From contig OZ024741.1 of the NCBI GenBank assembly GCA_964016885.1, positions 212,288,001 to 212,352,000 on the forward strand: a stretch of 64,000 nt of DNA, in the 5' to 3' direction. Every line of letters begins with the position of its first letter. Positions within the stretch are counted from its first letter, which is position 1. Source of the stretch: Eledone cirrhosa. Lineage: Eukaryota. The position numbers and the translations under genes were made by a program. Positions 41,820 to 57,519 of this stretch are shown here, piece after piece. The notes beneath the pieces are model-generated. The model ran no database searches. It saw only the letters and a list, made by a program, of their open reading frames with translations, and had not been told where the DNA came from.

Positions 41820-42075
41820 CAAGGTTCTGCTGTACGTCGGGCTGAGGGGGCCAAAATCCTCAAATACCAGTCGCTCTCCGACAGGCTTGCGCTCGTACCC
41901 CTGGCAGTGGAGACTTCCGGTGTCCAGGGCTACTTCTTTACTCACCACCATAAGAGCTGAGCTGGTCAGCCGCAGGTGTGAGCCCCGCGAGAGAGTCTCC
42001 CTTGCCGTCCTCCGGCGAAACGCCTTCTACATTCTGTCCGCCGGGGCTGTGGGTGGGCCCCATCGCCTACCGTTA
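41820..42075 (+). mobile_element. CRE-like non-LTR retrotransposon 3' end
   Basis: AVRRAEGAKILKYQSL..VPLAVETSG..SLAVLRRNAFYILSAGAVG. Confidence 0.75.
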
Positions 42076-42318
42076 TTTATATCAGATCGATCCCATTATT
42101 TATATCATATATCAACATAGAGATGAGCGTCGTATGTATGTTTATTTCAAAAGGATAACCTCCTTCAAATTCTGTCAACACACAAGCAGGTAATACATAC
42201 ATCAAAAGGCAACCCTCTTAGAGAGACAGAGAGTGAAAGAGACAGATTAGGAAAACTACACACACACACCTAAAGAGAGAGAGAGAGAGGAGAGCGAGAA
42301 AGAGAGAGGGAGAGAGAG

Positions 42319-42361
<43 letters not shown>

Positions 42362-42837
42362 GAAAACAGAGGGACGGGCAAGCAGGTAATACATGCATCT
42401 AAAATCATTTGGATACAAATATAATATAATGGTTGCAGAACGAAAATACAGACAAATATAATAATGTATGTATCCAAGACACTTTTTCTGTCATCGCTCG
42501 CATACGTAACACACCCACCCCCCCACACACACACACATAATTTCACACCTGATTTCGCCAATTGCCGGATAACATCAAAACAAACACATGGCACACATAT
42601 GTACCTACACACAGACATATACACAGACACACACATGCACATACACACATAGACATACACAAACACACACATATATCTATACTTTATATGTATGTAGGTA
42701 AGATCATTCCCATCTCTATAATTTAACTGCTTTACTCTCTCTGTCGCTCTTCACTCTCTATATGACAACACTGTTTTATTTTCCGTATCTCCCCTCAATA
42801 TATACAGAGAGAGAGAGAGAGAGGGAGAGAGAGAGAG

Positions 42838-42922
<85 letters not shown>

Positions 42923-42974
42923 TAGTCGGAAGGTCAATGTGACACCGGTGCGTGTGTGGAATCTTTGCAGTGGA

Positions 42975-43845
<871 letters not shown>

Positions 43846-44341
43846 GAAATCAGTGTAGATAGGGGCCGTAATATGAAGTGACAAAGAGACAGCAATAACA
43901 GTGTCCAGAACAAGCCGCAAAGAGAAGCTACATAAACTTATAACATGAGTTTACATATGCAGTTGTAAATGCTGCTGACACAATCAACTCACTCTCTCTC
44001 TCTTTGTATTATTGTCTTCTCTCCCTCTCTCTATATCTATACATTCTCTGTCCAGCATATCGGCCATTTTCGACCAGCTGCACACTGGTCAGTGGTTGGA
44101 AACTTCTATATAAGCGACACCAGATACTATTTTCTTTTGATATTGTGTCGAAGCTTTATTTAGTTTTGTTATTTTGTTTGCTTAGCTAGCTGCTTAAAGC
44201 ATCTTTGCATACATATATATACATTATGTATGTGTGTATATGTGTATTAATGTCTAATAGCATGCGTATGTTTGTGTAGGTATGTTTGTGTATATTTAAG
44301 CATGAGTGTCGTTCGTGCATGCCTCATACGTTAGTTCTTAA

Positions 44342-44397
<56 letters not shown>

Positions 44398-44754
44398 GTG
44401 TATCTGTGTGTGTGTGTGTGAGTGTGTGTGTACTGTGTGAAGGTGTATGTATGCATGTGTATATGTAAGTATGCGTGTGCTATGTACGTGATATAATAAA
44501 AACATTGAAAATGTCTATGTGTGGTGCATGCCTCACTTGTTTGGGAAACATATATAAATGCGTGCGTGTCTCTGTGTGTATATATATGTGTCTAAGTGTG
44601 TGTGTATGTATGTGTCTGTGTGTTTGTTGTGTATGTGTGTGTGTGTTCAAGCGCGCGTGTGTATATAGGTGTGTGTGGTTTTTCAACAAATAAATATATG
44701 CTTGAATGAGAATTATATTTTCAATATACGATACGTTATTTTTTCACTTTTACA

Positions 44755-44832
<78 letters not shown>

Positions 44833-44967
44833 GACACACACACACACAGATGTGTATATACATATATACATACCCCCAGAAAGATACACACACACATATG
44901 TATATACATATGTACATACTCAGAAAGATACATATACATACGCACCTATATATATATATATATATAT

Positions 44968-45577
44968 ATGGTGGCTGCCAACTCGTTTTCGAGTACGGCC
45001 ACTACTTTATATCCATATAGGAGAACCCCTACCGATGCACTGAACGAGTGTGACCTTTTAGTCCAGCCAGCGACTTGAAAACTCTGGTACAAACACTACA
45101 CTTGTGACAAATATTGACACATAGTGCTGGGGCCATGGTACCCTGTGACGACAAGTGCAGAGAGATCTCCAGATATAAAGCAATGCCTGTGCCGTGAAGC
45201 TTTTATAGTGAGCAAAGGCACTGCACAAAGCCAGTCCCACTCTCTTAACCAAGATGATATTTACCAAAAAGAAGAACAAGTCAACATCATTGGATACCAT
45301 CAGAGTTGCAGGTGTTATATCAGAGTTTTCCTTCTCCTAGAATTCTGCCTTGACAAAGGCTAAGGGGTCATCTCTCCCGGTGATTTTGGATGGCCATTGA
45401 CTCTTAAGAGCTCCTTTGCCCTTTGACAGGTCTTGTTTTTAGTCCTGCAGGATGTCCAAAGTCACCCTCCTCACCAAGAAACCTTGGTGGGGTTGCCAGT
45501 TTAGTCGCCAACGACCCGACCATGGGACAGGTTGTACTGGGATACATGTTACCAGTAGCACCAACTGGTGACCTGAC

Positions 45578-45579
<2 letters not shown>
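44968..45579 (-). mobile_element. Non-autonomous RTE-derived retroelement, copy 3 (longest, collinear)
   Basis: Structured 5' domain, RTE 5'UTR motif and zinc-finger 3' end; (TA)n on both sides. Confidence 0.8.
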
Positions 45580-45620
<41 letters not shown>

Positions 45621-46924
45621 ATACATACATACATACCCTTAGGTACACACACACATAGATACATACATATATGAAATATATAATATGTGCATCTCAACAT
45701 AAATGATTATATCAGTTGTCCACCATAAATGTTTGAGGAAATCGAGTTAAATACACCTGGAAATGAAAAAAAGGGGACTGATTCGCCAGAATACAATCTT
45801 TCATTGTTTAGCCTAGAAAGAAATGGGTTCTATTAGTTAAAAAAAATTGCCATAATGACCCTCTAGACTAGGGTTTCCTCAAAATGGGTGATTTCAACTG
45901 TTGGCTGGGCGATGAGCAACTGAACAGTAAATGGTGGCCGATTGGAAATGTTATAGACGGTATAGACTGTTGAATATTATGAAAGTATTTCAACATATGC
46001 TACCCACCAAAAGGATATTCATAGGAGATATGCAAAAAACCTGTATAATATACAGCAGGCTAAATAGGTTTAACGAACTAATTAAACTTTTACCATTTGG
46101 TATGTTTTTGAATATTTACTATACAGGTGGGAGGTGGAAAATGTTTTTATGTGAAATTGTAATGACAAATATTTGGGATTCTTACTTCTCTCTTTGTTCG
46201 TTGCACCGAATTCAACGGTCGAAAATTCCTTCCAATTTACTGCTTTTGGTGGATAAATTGTATTACCGTTACCGGAGGAAGAGTGGTATTAATATCATGT
46301 TACAAATTTTCTGCCAACAGAATTCACGATTTCAACTTAGAATACACACAGAATTGCAAGGGTTACCTTAAAGATCTAACTATTCCATTAACTATTCCAG
46401 AGTTCCTTACTTCGACATTTTATTTATCGACCCTGGACGGGTTAAAAGCAGAGTTGACCCCGGTGGGATTTGAACTTGGAATGCACAAAGCCGAAACAAA
46501 CAATGCGATGCATTTTGACTACAATCTAGCAACTCCATCACACCATCACGCCACTTCTCTTGATTGTTGCTTTAGAGTTAGAACAAATGCCTCAATACAT
46601 TAACGACTATAACGCTCTAACGACTCTACCAATTTCATCTCCCATTGCCAATTTGATAGGAATGTCATCGTGTCGCCTTTCATTAAAAAAATTGCTTTCA
46701 TTAAAAAAATTGCTTGGTTCACGCCATTACAAATTGTAATAATTTATGACGATCAATCTTGCTCAGTGTGTCATTGTAACGGAGAACATTTTAAAATTAG
46801 ACATTTCTGAGAGAGAGAGAGAGTGAGAGGGAGAGAGAGTGAGAGAGAGAGTGAGTGAGTGAGTGAGTGAGAGAGAGAGTGAGTGAGTGAGTGAGTGAGT
46901 GAGTGAGTGAGTGAGTGAGTGAGT

Positions 46925-46989
<65 letters not shown>

Positions 46990-47339
46990 ATATGACAATT
47001 GTACTTACATAAAATAATGAATGCCTGAAAAACACACTAAACAAAAAGTCGTGATAAACTACTAGTAATAAACTACTACTAATACTACTATCACTAAATT
47101 GCGTGGCTGAATATACTTTAGTAAATATTTAAAGTAATTTGTTTGCACACACTTACACACATATATATGTGCATATATAAATATATATACACACGCATAT
47201 ACACACATATATATATAAACACACATATACACAAATACATATACACACATACATATACACACATACATATACATACATATATATATAAACACACACTTAT
47301 ATATACACACACACACATATATATACACACACACACACA

Positions 47340-47416
<77 letters not shown>

Positions 47417-47499
47417 TCACACCTATATATATACACATACACTATATATATATAAATATGTATGTGCATATGTATTATATATATATATATATAATTATT

Positions 47500-47740
47500 A
47501 TTCAAAATATTAACAAATAAAAAATATTCTCATAATCAAAATATATACTTTATTATATATATTTCAGAGGTACTGTGTTATTTTTTCAGTATCTCCTCAT
47601 CAGACAAAATATATGATTTGATATATGTCACCGCTACGGTCTTGATTATTCAATTCCAGTATTGGGATACTGCAATACTGGAATTGAATATTCAAGACCG
47701 TAGCGGTATGTCATTTATCAAATCACATATTTTGAATAAT
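47500..47740 (-). mobile_element. Fold-back PLE pLTR fragment with complete type I HHR (47543-47613)
   Basis: Minus strand atattttgt-CTGATGA-ggagatactg..cagtacctct-GAAA-tatat-ATA-ataaagtat; inverted arms 47605-47735; same family as the 2803-2865 HHR. Confidence 0.78.
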
Positions 47741-47834
47741 ATTAAAAACTCCAGGAAAACGTAACATTTGAGTGCTTCTAATCTATTGTAAAATTGTATT
47801 CATTGAGTAATCAACGAACCATACTAATCTTTGG

Positions 47835-47871
<37 letters not shown>

Positions 47872-47875
<4 letters not shown>

Positions 47876-48032
47876 AAAAAGTATGACCCCGACGGCAGGG
47901 CTCAAGCCGTCGAAACGGCTTGAGCTCTGCCGTCGGAGTCATACTTTTTCCTATTACCCACTCTACTACACTAAGTATTGAGTACTCTAGTGTGTTATGG
48001 TCCATCTGGTTCCTTACCACAACTCCTTCGTT
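47872..48032 (+). mobile_element. Fold-back PLE pLTR fragment (family F)
   Basis: Inverted arms 47872-47953 centred on gccgt-cgaa-acggc; tail to 48032; (TA)n flanks. Confidence 0.8.
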
Positions 48033-48244
48033 ATATAAATATATATATATATATAAATATATATATATAAATATATATAAATATATATATAAATATATAT
48101 ATAAATATATATATATATATAAATATATATAAATATATATATAAATATATATATATAAATATATATATAAATATATATATAAATATATATATAAATATAT
48201 ATATAAATATATATATAAATATATATATAAATATATATATAAAT

Positions 48245-48373
<129 letters not shown>

Positions 48374-48384
48374 AATATATAAAT

Positions 48385-48618
48385 ATGAGGTTGGCTGGAC
48401 ATGCTCACCGACATCCAGAGTTGACATTGCACTCCGTGCTCCTTTGGGAGCCCCTACATGGACACACTGGAAGAGGAAGACCAAGGTTAACATATGTTGA
48501 TGCCCTAAGGACAGACACTGGTCTGTTGGAGACGCAGGACATGGCAGCGATAATGAGGGACAGAGACCGCTGGAGAGAACTCGTCCATGGATCTCGGGAA
48601 TTTTACCCGCCTTAGATA
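48385..48618 (+). mobile_element. RTE/RTE-X LINE 3' end fragment
   Basis: Same extent and protein motif as 12643-12878. Confidence 0.8.
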
Positions 48619-48619
48619 G

Positions 48620-48862
<243 letters not shown>

Positions 48863-48911
48863 TATATAAATATATATATAAATATATATAAATATATATA
48901 TATATATATAA

Positions 48912-49133
<222 letters not shown>

Positions 49134-49209
49134 AAAAATTGAACGGGAACAAAACAGAGAGGCAGTACGAACAAAGGTTTATTAGTTTCACGCTCTTGAG
49201 AGTGGGGTG

Positions 49210-49280
<71 letters not shown>

Positions 49281-49282
<2 letters not shown>

Positions 49283-49871
49283 GAAAAATGGCGTGCTGCG
49301 TGGTTGCAAATGGGTTACATGTGAATAAAATGAATCCTTCATCAGTGATCTTCCAGCCTTCACTGGTATTTCATCGCTTTAAAGATCATATACCTCTGTT
49401 TGGTGCGAGCAACAGCTAAAGAAAGTCGTTGGGACACGTAAATAGGAGGAACGAGCGAGACAGTAAACAAACAAAGATGGTAATGCAACGAAAAGTGAGG
49501 AAGAAGGAATCAAGTCTCTGAAATCGATGAACATAAGTTCTGTGAAATCGTAGACAAGAGATAAAGACCATCCAACCTGGTCGAAATGTGAGCGAGAAAA
49601 GGATTTCGCACAGGTCAAACGGGAGAGGGTGTAGCAGAGAGTGAGTGAGTGAAATAGTGAGGAAGGGGCTAACTGACGGAGTGACTCGCAGAGGGGGTAA
49701 AAAGAAAATGAGAGATACAGAGAAAGGGGAAGCAGTAAGAAAGAAACAGACGGGTCATAGCGGAGGAAATATATAAATATATGAAAAAATGGCGTGCTGT
49801 GTGGTTGCAGATGGGTTACATGTGAATAAAATGAGTCCTTCATCAGTGATCACTGATGAAGGACTAATTTT
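49281..49871 (-). mobile_element. Retrozyme-like element (family P2) with direct repeats and a short inverted 5' arm
   Basis: Repeat period about 501 bp; junction ccttcatcagtgatcactgatgaagg at 49837-49862; (TA)n flanks. Confidence 0.75.
49336..49397 (-). ncRNA. Candidate non-circularly permuted hammerhead ribozyme (best-paired P2 copy)
   Basis: Minus strand ggtAT-A-tgatctt / taaagcgat / GAAAtacc / agtgaaggctgg / aagatca-CTGATGA; stem I is 7 perfect bp. Confidence 0.65.
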
Positions 49872-50164
49872 ATATATGTATATATCACTTTTGTTAAATT
49901 GAAATTGATAAAATATATGAAATATATATAGAAAATAAAGGAAACTACGTTAAAATCCAATAAATTATTACTATGCAACAACAGTAATTTTCATTTGAAT
50001 GTTTCCTGAGCACAGTTTATTCTTTTTCTATATTATCCAATAGATAAATGGAAACGTTGGACATTTTACTAATACACATGGCTAAAACATAATATATGGT
50101 CTGAGTTAATATTTCCATTTAGTTAATGATCGCCGTTCGCAATATGGTTATAAAATTATCTTCC

Positions 50165-50389
<225 letters not shown>

Positions 50390-50445
50390 TATATATACAT
50401 ATATATATATATATACACACACACATATATACACACATATATGCG

Positions 50446-50478
<33 letters not shown>

Positions 50479-50504
50479 TTTTCCCCCCTGTATGTGTATA
50501 TATA

Positions 50505-50604
50505 CAGGATGTCCCAAGAAAATGTATGCACACTTCAACAGCCTTCTAATAAATATTGCCTGTAAAGGTAATCAACGTGTGTATACAATTTTGTGGACAC
50601 CTTG
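50505..50604. mobile_element. Tc1-type MITE of about 100 bp
   Basis: TIRs caggatgtcccaagaaaatgtatgcacac / gtgtgtatacaattttgtggacaccttg. Confidence 0.65.
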
Positions 50605-50675
50605 CATATATATGTGTGTGTATGTGTGTGTGTTTGTGCGTATTTATCTGTGCGTTTATGTGTATATATAAGTAT

Positions 50676-50723
<48 letters not shown>

Positions 50724-51391
50724 ATGCCTTTACTTATATTTATGTGTATAAAGTATCTTTCCTTGTACTCTTTCGTTAATATTCTCTCAAAAACCACCTA
50801 AGAGCTTACTTAATCGCTCACTTATTATCGATTCCTTCTTTATTAATAATATTTCAAGCGTTTACCAACTATAATACAATATATCGTGTAATTTATATGA
50901 AACCTACTTTCTAATCGACCCTTCAGTTATCCTCCCTGTGTCTATTCATTCCTCATATCTCTTTTATAATCTTAGTAATGGCGGCGGCATTTTATTTATT
51001 AAAATTCAGTCATAAATTTCCAAATTTTTATATCTAATATCAAATGCAAATGCTATTATATATTGCCTCCAAGCAAAACTACATAATTTAATCCAGAAAT
51101 AATGTATTCATTTTTCGATTGTACTTTCATAAATGGCTTTTTTTTTTGTGCATGAGAGAGCGGGGCTGTTACGAGTTCTCGGATACGTAGGCCAATATTC
51201 ATTTATTCTGTTTTCTGTTGCTGCACTGTGGTGAAGATTTTGTACCACCACCTTCAAAGATTACGAAGCCCAATAAGTATTTTATCGATGTCACCGTCGT
51301 GCCGCTATGTTACGAAAGCTAAACAAACTCGGAAACACTCACACACACAATTATATATATATATATATATTATATATATATATATATATAT

Positions 51392-51570
51392 ATTGTTTCT
51401 AGTTTTGGCACAAGGCCAGCAATTACACATTGCATTACTGGCACTTTATTTTATCGACCCCGTAAGGATGAAAGGCAAAGTTAACCTCGGCGGGATTTGA
51501 ACTCAGAATGGCAAGGGCCGTAACTCCATGCGTCAAAGCCTGGCGTCTGACCCTCTACCGATACTGCCAA
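51392..51570 (-). mobile_element. tRNA-derived SINE copy
   Basis: Head, core and tail in reverse. Confidence 0.85.
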
Positions 51571-51904
51571 GGTCTGTTGCTGGTTTCAAACGGCTTAAGT
51601 GTGCATAAGGAACACATTACATTCAAGGCTATCCAAAGGCTTTGTGCGTATCACATCTATAAAAAGGTATCCATGGACGAGGGTGGTGTGCAGAATAAAT
51701 TACGGACTCATGGTCGTTCAGCACAACATTGGAGAGTTGGCCCTCTTCTGTACAGAAAAGTACCAGTTAACAGTTATCACACACACACACACACACACAT
51801 ACCCCCCCACACACACACACACTTAAATGTAATAACAAAAATAACAAAATAAACGGCACAGTACATGGAAGAAATATTTTAGTTTAACGCTTGAAATAAT
51901 AGGG

Positions 51905-51950
51905 AGAAAGTCGGAACGTTTCAAACACTAGTTCTTCATCAGAAGATAGA
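51905..51950 (-). ncRNA. Decayed minimal HHR of a PLE pLTR fragment (about 51830-52020)
   Basis: Minus strand CTGATGA-agaac tagt gttt-GAAAC-GTT. Confidence 0.5.
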
Positions 51951-53474
51951 GTTAGAAATAGAAGATAAATAGAAAGTTAAAAGGAAGGAACAAGTCGGGG
52001 AGAAAATATCACGTGCGTATTCAGTCAGCCATCTTGGAGTGTGTATGTGTATATATATATATATATGTGTGTGCATACATACACGATGGTCTCATACCTC
52101 GTTTTCTCTATGATATTTCGCTCACCATGCATTGTACAATCCAAGACTACAATAGATATTGTCGATAAAATAAAGTTTCAGCTGAATATTGATAATCGAT
52201 ATAATCGAATTTTCCATTGCCACAAATTGCTGGCCTTGTGTCAATGTTAGAAAAAATACTACTGCTACTACTGAATTATACAGTAGAATACAGATTCAGT
52301 AAAGCGACGTATAGGATATGTTTACCAGGTAGTTACCTCCCTTTGCAGTCTCAGTTTAGCTGAAGTTCACATATTTTTTCTTGTGGTTAGCTGTTATTTT
52401 CTTCCATCCATAATCAATACCAGACACGCCGGCATTTAGATCTTACCTTTCATCCTTTATGGGTCGATAGAAATAAGTAGCTATGAAGAAGTAGGATATG
52501 GAGGAAGGTCGATTCAATCGATTTATTCTTTTTCCACATGAAAGAATGATCGCCATGACTTGTTAAACTATCGATATCTTTCTTCTGATAATATTTCAAT
52601 ATTTTCTCTTCTATTATCCTGATATAAGTGCATCTGGTATAAAACTATGTTTAAGCAACTCAAGGTTGCATTATTTCCCTGCTTCGCTTCCCATCAATAT
52701 AATATCGTACTAAAAACAAAACCAATGTAAAAACAACAACCAGGAGAGCAATGGGCGTTGGTGTAGATCTATGGATCTATCGTTAATGAGTTCCCAGGTC
52801 CACACCATGGTTTCTCATTCAGTCCCTCTACGTGGTACCTTTTACAAATGTCTCTTATGCAGTGGGTTCTCATATTATAGAAAATTGATGCAGAAGTCTG
52901 GATGAGACAAGAAGTCTATCTGTAATATCCCCATTGTGATTAGAGTTGATTTTACTCATTTACTATCTTCCCTACATCGAAGGTGTACGGCCTCGTAGTT
53001 TGATCGTCAGGTTCACGATCGTAAACCCTTGAATTCGATTTCCGAACTAAACGGCTTGTGTCCTTGAGCCAGACACTTTATCTAACGTCGGGCATGTTCA
53101 TCTAGCTAGGAAAATATGAGAAATCCCAGCAAATAACTGACGTTCCGTTAAGGAATATTGGTTGTTTGCTTGCGAGTACACTTGTGTCAACATGCATTAG
53201 CTTTTGCTTATTTCTTTGTCACTTTTGGCGGCGCGGAGAAGAGAGACAGGAATGTATGAGTTACTCCACAGATACCTTTCCGAGGCTTGCGACCTGAAAA
53301 AGATCATTCTATGAAAGAATGAAAGAAGGTGCCTATATATTTGTCTCTTTTGTTATACGGTTAATAATAAAGAAGCTGTACTGTTATGGATTCTATCGAA
53401 TATCTAGGAGTGTAGTATGATTTAAATGGCGTTTTGCTAATAAGATGCAATTTTTGGTTTGTGTTATTCATGAT

Positions 53475-54771
53475 CGAGGATGGACTGTAAAGTTCATAGG
53501 CTCAGTATAAAGGAGTGATGTTAGCATTGTGACACCTTACATACATTAATTTCAACTTTTCTTAATAATTCCGTTGCTTCCATCCAGGTAAACTGATAAC
53601 TGACTGTTCAAAGAAGGCACCAAAAGGATCTATTAGTGCTCTCTCTTGAAAATGGGCAAACTTCGGCATCGTGGATTTAACAAACACTTTCAGAAAAAGG
53701 ATTTAGCACCCAAAGATATTCATGCTGACATGGCTTCTACATTAGAGAATGACGCACCAGTTTTATCAACAGTGCAAAAGTGGGCAGCTGATTTTATGAG
53801 GGTAAGGGAGAGTCTTGAAGATGACCCAAGGGACCGACGTCCTGAAACTGCCACCACCGAGAAAAACATGGATCATGTTCACCACATGGCGATGGATGAC
53901 AGGTAAGTGATTATAAACCAAATAGCCGATCCTATTAGCATATCCCGTGTGAGTGTTGAGAATATTGTACACAAAGAACTTGACATGACAAAGGTTTCTG
54001 CTCGGTGGGTTCCACTTCTTCTGACACCAGACAACAAACGCACCAGGCTGATCGCATCTCAGGAAAATCTGACATTGTTTGAGTCAAATCCAGCTGGTTT
54101 CCCTGAACGTGTCCTAACCGAGGATGAATGTTGGGTTCATTACTTAGAGCCAGAGACAAAGAGACAACTCATGTAGTGGAAGCTCCGCTCCTCAGCTGCT
54201 CCAACGTATGTCAAAGGTCATTTCATCTGCAGGGAAGGTGATGCCCTCAGTTTTTTTGGGAAGCAAAAGGTATTGTGTTTATTGAATATCTTCAAAAAGG
54301 CCACACCATCAATGAAGAGTATTATGCCAACTTACTGAGGCAGTTACAAATGGCTATTAAGACAAAATGCTCAGAAAAACTGACGAAAGGGGTTTTGTTT
54401 CCTAAGGACAATGCTCCAGCACACAAGTCTTTGGTTTCAATGGCTGCTGTGCGTGACTGTGGCTTTGAACCTGTTGATCACTCTCCGTTTCTCGTGATTT
54501 GAGCCCCAATATGACTACCATCTGTTCCTCTACATGAAATAACACTTGGCTGGGAGCCAGTATCACAGTGATGATGACGCCACATCTGCTGTTGATGACG
54601 TATTTGAACAGCAAAGTGAAAGCGTCTTCAACAATGGGGTCCAGGTTCTGCAACATCAATGGAAGAAGTATCTGAACAAGGATGGTTGGATATGTTGAAA
54701 AATAAATTTCATTTCATCACATTCTATGAGAGTATCGTGGCCAGCCTTTGACCGTTTCAGACGAATCTCAT
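53475..54771 (+). mobile_element. Full-length decayed mariner transposon
   Basis: About 1.3 kb; degenerate TIRs cgaggatggactgtaaagttcataggct / agcctttgaccgtttcagacgaatctca. Confidence 0.9.
53652..54705 (+). pseudogene. Mariner D,D34D-type transposase pseudogene
   Basis: STVQKW..F..RESLEDDPR..RP, ARWVPLLLT, TEDECWVHY, KDNAPAH; interrupted by stops and frameshifts. Confidence 0.92.
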
Positions 54772-54929
54772 ATTCATAGGTTTGTGGGTTCCATTTTGTA
54801 GAGGGAAGTCTAGGTGTAAAGTCACGTGACCTAAGTGTTATCGCATTCGACCCCAACTCATAAGATCGGGAGTTCGATTCTTGTATGTAGCAGTGTGTTG
54901 TGTTCTTGACAAACTTATTAGATGTATTC

Positions 54930-55660
54930 TCGTAGGTGGTATGGGTCAGCAAACGTTACATCCGTTTGTGGCTATGAAAGACCTACACAGATTTGCGGTT
55001 CTAACGACAAATGAACTTGGGCCTCTATCATTAAAACACCCGAGAAACCTCATATGAGATACAACCTCGTAAAAGGCAGCAAAAGCTAATAGGACCTCAG
55101 CAACAACACTGAGGATCCTATCATTAAAACATCCGAGAAACCTAAGAGATGCAGCCTCGTAGGTTGTCGGGGTCAGTAAACGTTACATAGGTTTGGCGCT
55201 CTAACAACAACGACAACAACAACAACAATAAGATTGGAGACTTCTATCATTAAAACACCTGAGAAACATCTCATGATATACAACCTGGTAAATGGCCAAT
55301 AAAAGCTATATACATGTGAGTTGTAACAATAATGACAACAATGAGGTCCTATTATTAAGACAACTGAGAAACATGAGATGCAACCTCGTATGTTGTAGGG
55401 GTCAGTAAACCTTTATAAGTTTGCATTCTAAGAACAAAAACGACAACAACAGCTCTGGGGCCTATATCATTTTATACACCCGAAGAAGTTCGTATGAGAT
55501 ACAAAATCGTAGTGATCCAGCAGAACGTACATCGATTCAGGACTCTAACAACGACCACAGCACAGAGGCTTATATCGTTAAAACTTCAGAGAGATCTCCT
55601 ATAAGATATAACGTAATAGGTGACCAGCAAAAGCTACATAAGTGTGAGAGCTAATAACAA
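54930..55660. repeat. Diverged tandem repeat (about 95-130 bp units, about 6)
   Basis: Recurring tatcattaaaacacc.gagaaac...gagatacaacctcgta. Confidence 0.7.
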
Positions 55661-57519
55661 CAGGGAGCCGACACGGAATTGCAAAATCATGTCTTTATAA
55701 AAATATGAAATTTCATTTATACCTTTAACGTGATAAGAAAGAATATAAATGACTTCAATATCTGATTTTATTCCTCCAAGTATTAGTCATTGTATTGTTG
55801 AGTTGGACAAATATCAATATTATAAGATTTACCAACTCTAGCAAGTCTGAGAGATAATCTGTTCTATGGAGCGGAATTATCTACCAAATATCAATTGATT
55901 GCTCAATTAGATCGATAAATTATTTATTTCTTCATTTCCAAAACAAATGCCTAATTTTCTATTCCCACGAAGATCTCTATTGTACAGATATTGCTTAATA
56001 ATAGTTATTTTACCTCTATTGTCTGAAGAGTGAAATTAGTATTCAATGCTGTTCTATCTCGTATGATCTACTACGTGATGGAATTGTGGCTTAAATATCA
56101 TTTCATTGCTAACAATGCAGACTAACACTGTAACGTTAGAGACTTTACCATACGAATTCTCCGAGGATTATACTTTCTGGGTTTTTTCTTTCATAAATAT
56201 TCTTCTTCTATCGATCTGACCAAAATGATATCGATTTTATAGTTGCTATCAATCCGACAGAAAAAGAAAATCGTCATTTCAAAGAGGAATTTCATTAAAT
56301 ATAGCATTGAACGTGCCATATATAGCTTTAAACTGTCGACACTAGTATAATATATATAATATAATATAATACATATAAAAAAACGACTTCTTTTCTATAT
56401 TTTATATCGTATCACCGAATGTCAGAAATGTAATTGATTTTCCGTGATATGAAAAATCCATTTTCGATATATTAATATCAACCACGAACGAAGAAAGGAT
56501 AAAGCATGTATGATTTTTTTCTACTTATTTATTCAATTTATTTTTTCTTAAACAGAGTTGATCAAAAGAGTAAACAAAGCATATGTTTGTTTGTTTGTTT
56601 GTATTTTTTTCCTTCTACAGTAAAAAGAAAAGAAATATTTCTTTCAGAAAAAAAAGAAAATGCGACACGAAAAAAAGAAAGGATATATAAAAAGCGACAA
56701 CAAAGAAACAAACACACAAAAGGCTTCGGTAAATAATGTACAGTTATAGATGTTGGTATTGCTTATTACAACAATATTTACAATCTCTATAAATGGCGGA
56801 ATATTATATGAAAAAGAAGAAAATTAATTAGATTTACGAATGGCACCGTGTCATCCGTTTCTTTTTTATGTTGGTTTAACTGAGTGAGTTTTCATATTTT
56901 AAGACAAGAATTTATTCCTATACGAAGACTACGAAAGTTTCTGTTCAATCATTCTATATGTTTCCCTTAACCCGATGAAATATATTACTAAGATTATTGG
57001 TGTAGTTTTGTAACTTTAAAATTGTCTTCTAGTTTATGATTATTTCTTATAGTGATTCATGTTTTATAAAAGTGAATTGGTATGTGTATGTGTGCGTATA
57101 TGCATATGTGTATGTATGTAGGTATGTAGGTAGGTAGGTTGATAGGTATGCCTGTTTGTAAGTACGTGTGTAAATATATGATTGTAAGTATTTATGTAAG
57201 TATGTTTATACGTACGCATGAATGTACGTATTTATATATGTGCATATGTAGGCATACATGTATGCATGTATGTAAGAAAATGATTTCGAGATAAATCATG
57301 TCTCGTCTACAAAAAAGAATACTGCCGTATAGACCCTATAGTCTATTGTGATATGTAGTATTGGTTGTTTGGGGAAATCCTAGAACAATGCAAATTAAAA
57401 ATATAAGAAAATAGTTGAAATATTTACATAATATTTCATATTTCCAGTTTAGGAACCCGCTTTTAAAAGGGAATTCATTGTGCCTTTAATGACAAGCGGT
57501 TATCTAACGTGTAGAAATT

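Noticed and set aside
44055-44110. Minus-strand ctga-ccag..ctggtc-gaaa hammerhead-like word
   Set aside because: CUGANGA is incomplete and there is no convincing stem I or III.
45931-46603. 146-aa and 106-aa ORFs
   Set aside because: No domain signal, and they run into a SINE copy at about 46410-46630; likely chance frames in decayed repeats.
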